Origin: a virus | Lineage: Duplodnaviria > Caudoviricetes | Length of the DNA stretch: 61,901 nucleotides | Virus record (IMG/VR): IMGVR_UViG_3300046171_000186 | Location: 1 to 61,901 of that record | Direction: 5' to 3' (one strand) | Shown: positions 58,066 through 61,901 of the stretch, one piece after another | Position numbering within the stretch: the first letter of the stretch is position 1 | Layout: every line of letters starts with the position of its first letter | Notes under the pieces: generated by a model | What the model saw: the letters and a program-made list of their open reading frames with translations, nothing else | Database searches by the model: none | What the model was told of the DNA's origin: nothing | Translations under genes and position numbers: made by a program

Positions 58066-60474
58066 TTACGCAAACTTACCATACAGCACATTAGACTTCT
58101 CTGGTTCATCTTCTGTGTCTAACAAAGTGATTCCTTCACATGTTAATCTTCGAGAACCATCTTTGTCCCGTGGACGACTTGAAGTCACACCGTACTTCTT
58201 CAAAAGGTCTAAGAATTGACCTTGGGTGCCGATAGGTTCATTAACCTGAGTACAATACAGTTTCCAAGATGCCCAAAGCTTGGAAGTTTCGGTCTGAGCT
58301 TTTGGGCTTAGTTTACAGTTATCCATAATCCAGAGGGAAACCACATCGTTCTCACCAAAGTACTCGTCGGTAGCGATCTTGACTGGATGAGGAATCGGAG
58401 GGAGAAGATGTTGGTGCCATTCCACTGCACCCTTTATGATCCAAGCAAGAATGCCCGGGCTTTCTGCATCAAGCTTGTCTTTCAGCTTTGGATCTTTCTG
58501 GTCTTCCTGCAATTCTAGGTTAAAAGGAATCAGACGGGTCCTACGCTTGATCGCCTCATCAAGATACTCGATCTTGGGTTTACTGTTACTTGCAATAAGC
58601 AAGGTATGAGTTGGGACAAATTCAAACGGGTCCTTATATAGATTCTTCGCATTGATGAGATCCCCTCCAGTCAACCCCTTCAACTCCCCTAAATCCCAGA
58701 CCGCTCGTTGTTTAAACTCGCTTGCAGCAACCAACCTTCTTCCATGTAGCTTGAAAAGAAAATGATCGGTATTCTTCCGGGTCTCACAAAACAAATCCCC
58801 CGGAACACTACAGGCATAGTCCCCTAGTACTTTTAAGAGTACGTTCACAAAGGTAGACTTTCCGTTTCCTCCCTTCCCATGTAGTAGAAAGAACACATGT
58901 TCTGACGTGTGCCCGGTCGCAGCATACCCGGCATAACGATGTAGGTATGTCAGCACTTCCGGATTTCCTTCCGTTATCTGGTTTAGAAATTTATCCCAAA
59001 CAGGGGTTTTCATTTCAAAATCGGGAGCAATTTCTGTCTTTTTCAGACAGATCTCTGTAGTGTCAAACTCGGTCTCTTCCAGTAAGGCTCCTGTCTTCAG
59101 GCAGTACTTTCCTTTGCTTGTGTTTAAAATATTTGGATCGTTATCCAAGGTATGAGCCTCTACCATAATACCTCCTTCTGCGGTTCTAAGATCTCGGTTT
59201 ATTTTAGCTAACCAATCTGGGTCGGAAAGCTTGTTGTGTTTTTGTGTCACCCATTCTTCTTCTTGATCACGACCCAACTCTGAAAGTTGTGGGACAATAT
59301 TCTTTTTAGCATAATCTTTAATAAGGGTTGCGGTCTTGTATCCCTTCTTATCTATTACCCACCCAGAGTCGTTCTTCCAGATAAACTGTTCCCACTCCGG
59401 AATGTATTTAAACCGTCCAAAGTAAAAACGTTTAAACTCTTCAGTAATCCAAGAAGGGGAGACTAAAGCCCAAGGGTTTTCGCTAATTTGGGCAACCGGA
59501 CCACTAGCCAAAAGGTGAGATATTGATTGGGCGTAGTTAAACCCGTGCTGTGCAGCTTGCCGAAAGAACCAGTCCGCCCCAACTCGATAAGGAGGTTTGT
59601 AGCCATTCCAGACAGTGTCCGTCTCGACAACATTATACGGCTTGTGTTCTGCCTTTGCGGAAAACGTATGAAACAGACCCCGTCCATACTCTAGGTCGTC
59701 CTGTGTTGCTGCGTGAAGGGATGCACCAATCCGAACCCATTCATCCCAACCAAAACAGGTTGATTCATTGTTCGGTAGAAATTCCAAAGCTTCGGACAAC
59801 AAGCTTGGCTCTTTAGCAATCAGCAGTTCATGTGGGCTACCCTCTCGGTCACCAGAGTATGATGAGGTCTCGGATATCTTAATACCATACAGGCTAAGAC
59901 GTTCGACAACAGCCTCGAGGAATCTCCAGATCTTTTCATTGTCGATTACGGTCAAGGACATTGGATCGGGAATTCCCTGATCGATCTGATAGGGTTGCTT
60001 TGTCACTGGGTGGATACCCTCCACGACATATTGCTGACCAGACCCAAGGATCTCAACCTGCATCAAATCATCATCCAGCTTGAACTTGAGTGCTTTCTTC
60101 GTGATTTCATCTTCCGTTGCATACATCAGCAACTGTTTTGGTGCTTTTCCTACCCGAATTGGTGCTTCCCCAAGGATGTGTAAAGCGATGTCTCGTATTT
60201 CGTTACTCAGAGCTTCGTCATGGACATCTATGTCTATTCCGGGGTAACGCCTTGCCAAGAGTCCTACAGAGGCATGGTGGCGGTCGTAGAGATCCACTTC
60301 TGCTGGACTTATCTTAAAAGTAGTCCACCCTTCCAAACCAGTCCAAATTCCACTACCATTTGGGGTACCCGGAACCTTCCCTAGTCGCTGAGAAGGAATC
60401 CCAATAGCTTCTGCATCTGGAGGAACGATGGGTAGAATCCCTTCATACCCTTTATTTAACCAGTCTACTAACAT
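58066..60474 (-). CDS. P4-family primase-helicase (prim-pol, PriCT-2, D5_N, SF3 helicase)
   Basis: GIDIDV, QYVVEGIHP, WVRIGASLH, HGKGGNGKSTF, GRRLVAASE, LKGLTGGD, AIKRR. Confidence 0.92.
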   Translation of the reverse strand: MLVDWLNKGYEGILPIVPPDAEAIGIPSQRLGKVPGTPNGSGIWTGLEGWTTFKISPAEVDLYDRHHASVGLLARRYPGIDIDVHDEALSNEIRDIALHILGEAPIRVGKAPKQLLMYATEDEITKKALKFKLDDDLMQVEILGSGQQYVVEGIHPVTKQPYQIDQGIPDPMSLTVIDNEKIWRFLEAVVERLSLYGIKISETSSYSGDREGSPHELLIAKEPSLLSEALEFLPNNESTCFGWDEWVRIGASLHAATQDDLEYGRGLFHTFSAKAEHKPYNVVETDTVWNGYKPPYRVGADWFFRQAAQHGFNYAQSISHLLASGPVAQISENPWALVSPSWITEEFKRFYFGRFKYIPEWEQFIWKNDSGWVIDKKGYKTATLIKDYAKKNIVPQLSELGRDQEEEWVTQKHNKLSDPDWLAKINRDLRTAEGGIMVEAHTLDNDPNILNTSKGKYCLKTGALLEETEFDTTEICLKKTEIAPDFEMKTPVWDKFLNQITEGNPEVLTYLHRYAGYAATGHTSEHVFFLLHGKGGNGKSTFVNVLLKVLGDYACSVPGDLFCETRKNTDHFLFKLHGRRLVAASEFKQRAVWDLGELKGLTGGDLINAKNLYKDPFEFVPTHTLLIASNSKPKIEYLDEAIKRRTRLIPFNLELQEDQKDPKLKDKLDAESPGILAWIIKGAVEWHQHLLPPIPHPVKIATDEYFGENDVVSLWIMDNCKLSPKAQTETSKLWASWKLYCTQVNEPIGTQGQFLDLLKKYGVTSSRPRDKDGSRRLTCEGITLLDTEDEPEKSNVLYGKFA

Positions 60475-61004
60475 TATTCTACTCCTGTCGAACCGATCCC
60501 ACCAATTCTGGAATCTGATAGCAAAACATCGTTAACTTCTCGAAACAAAGGCTTGATCTTGCTACGGACAATCTCCCCCTGTGCGATTCGGTCTCCTTCA
60601 ACCAACAGGTACTTGGAGTCTGCTTTCACCAGTACAAAGAGTTCATCCCGGTAATCCGAATCAATAACCCCTACGGAGTTGACAAGAGTCATTCCGTGTC
60701 GGTACGCCAAGGAAGATCGTATGAAGACTTTCATGCCATACCCGTAGGGAATCTCGAACTTCAACCCGGTTGGTAGTTTATAGACGTGGTTCGGATAGAG
60801 AGTTAAACCAATGCCCCGACAAGCCAACTTTTCTGGGTAGATGTGCCCAATGGATCGTCCCCCGGCAGTCAAGGAGAAACATTCAACCTTGTCGTTCCAC
60901 TCAAAGCTGACCCGGAGATCAAAGCAGTGACTTCCCGGGGTAGCGTACTCAGGTAGCTTTGCGTTTTCTTTTAAGCGTTTAACGTTGATTGGGATTTGAG
61001 ACAT
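60474..61004 (-). CDS. dut: Trimeric dUTPase
   Basis: FDL, RSS, GVIDSDYR, GDRIAQ, R.GGIGSTG. Confidence 0.93.
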   Translation of the reverse strand: MSQIPINVKRLKENAKLPEYATPGSHCFDLRVSFEWNDKVECFSLTAGGRSIGHIYPEKLACRGIGLTLYPNHVYKLPTGLKFEIPYGYGMKVFIRSSLAYRHGMTLVNSVGVIDSDYRDELFVLVKADSKYLLVEGDRIAQGEIVRSKIKPLFREVNDVLLSDSRIGGIGSTGVE

Positions 61005-61005
61005 G

Positions 61006-61901
61006 TTACTTCCTGTATCGACGTGATTGATACCCTTCTACCTCGACTGGGATTCCTTCTGCCCAGTCTGGAGTAGTACACATAAGCTTTTCAAACTGCT
61101 CCGTATTATTGGAACTCTCCTCTGGCTCTTCGCAGACGATCTCATCGTGAACCGTCATCGTAATGCTGAACCCGGCACGATCCATCGCTAACATGGCATG
61201 GCACATCAGATCTCGAGCAATCGCTTGCACGATATTTTCGACAATCAGACCACCATACAAGGCTTTGCTGAAGGACTTGCCCATGCCATAGGACTTGTAG
61301 GCTAGTTGAGGTAGCCAACCTTCCCGGGAACCATCGATGTGTGGCTTTGGAAAAAACAAGACTCGACCGGAAGGCAACATCAGTTGTAGGTCTTGCACTC
61401 CTTTAGACCGTCTAAAAGCGATCAGAGAATTATTTCTTCCAAAGCGGATCATCTTGTCTGGGTTGTGGTAGGCTGTCTTCATAGCCTCTTCGGACTCTCG
61501 CCAGAAAGCTGGAATCTGTTCGTAGTAATTGCGGTAGATCTGAATTACTTCCATTGCCTCTGCTTCATCCACTTCGAGTCCTGCATTCAAGCAACTCTGA
61601 TAGAACTTCTGGAAACCCATGCCGTACCCGGCACCCAGAATTGCCATCTTACCAAACTGTCTTTCTTTCTTAGTCACCTCCTTCTCTGGCTTGTTATAGA
61701 TTTTGGCAGCAAGTTGCACATAGGCATCTTCCCCGTTGTGGTAGGCAGTCAGCAGTTTCTCCTCCCCGGCAATCCAACTCAGGACCCTTGGTTCAATCGA
61801 CTTATAATCGTAGACCCAAAGGTTGTAGCCTCCTTCTGCGACAATCAGAGATCGGATCATCGAAGAGATCACAGGCATTGGTGCGCCATGCTCTTTGTTT
61901 A
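61006..61901 (-). CDS. polA: DNA polymerase family A, C-terminal polymerase domain (continuation from base 1)
   Basis: Motif A DYKSIEPR, motif B RQFGKMAILGAGYG, motif C VHDE. Confidence 0.93.
   Translation of the reverse strand, partial: NKEHGAPMPVISSMIRSLIVAEGGYNLWVYDYKSIEPRVLSWIAGEEKLLTAYHNGEDAYVQLAAKIYNKPEKEVTKKERQFGKMAILGAGYGMGFQKFYQSCLNAGLEVDEAEAMEVIQIYRNYYEQIPAFWRESEEAMKTAYHNPDKMIRFGRNNSLIAFRRSKGVQDLQLMLPSGRVLFFPKPHIDGSREGWLPQLAYKSYGMGKSFSKALYGGLIVENIVQAIARDLMCHAMLAMDRAGFSITMTVHDEIVCEEPEESSNNTEQFEKLMCTTPDWAEGIPVEVEGYQSRRYRK

Overview
This window looks like an essentially complete, circularly permuted ~61.9 kb temperate podovirus-type phage genome. The family A DNA polymerase ORF runs off base 1 and continues in frame at base 61901. 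There are four blocks: (i) a minus-strand replication arm (P4-type primase-helicase, dUTPase, PolA, DUF2815-type SSB, Cas4-like nuclease, SNF2 helicase); (ii) a plus-strand XRE repressor/tyrosine integrase pair; (iii) a minus-strand early arm (class II RNR, DUF932, DUF2786, many short ORFs, several structured intergenic elements) ending at an AT-rich origin-like region; (iv) a plus-strand late arm (RusA, ThyX, terminase, portal, N4-gp56-like capsid, fibre/chaperone cassettes, M15 endolysin, ejection proteins) ending in a 3546-aa polyvalent protein and an attP-like 3' half of tRNA-Asn. The most notable observation is that the giant protein is divided into modules by five copies of a (R/L)-x-S-[A/S]-G-R motif, carries a zincin metallopeptidase motif, and hides an overprinted gene right after a DNA glycosylase-like module. 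Together these suggest an injected, self-processing effector polyprotein with a nested partner gene. Other candidates are a ~280-nt structured leader RNA, a family of hairpins with conserved loops, and a CCA-ending tRNA-like element. Several frameshifts look like long-read indel errors. All family assignments come from recognising motifs by eye, not from database searches.
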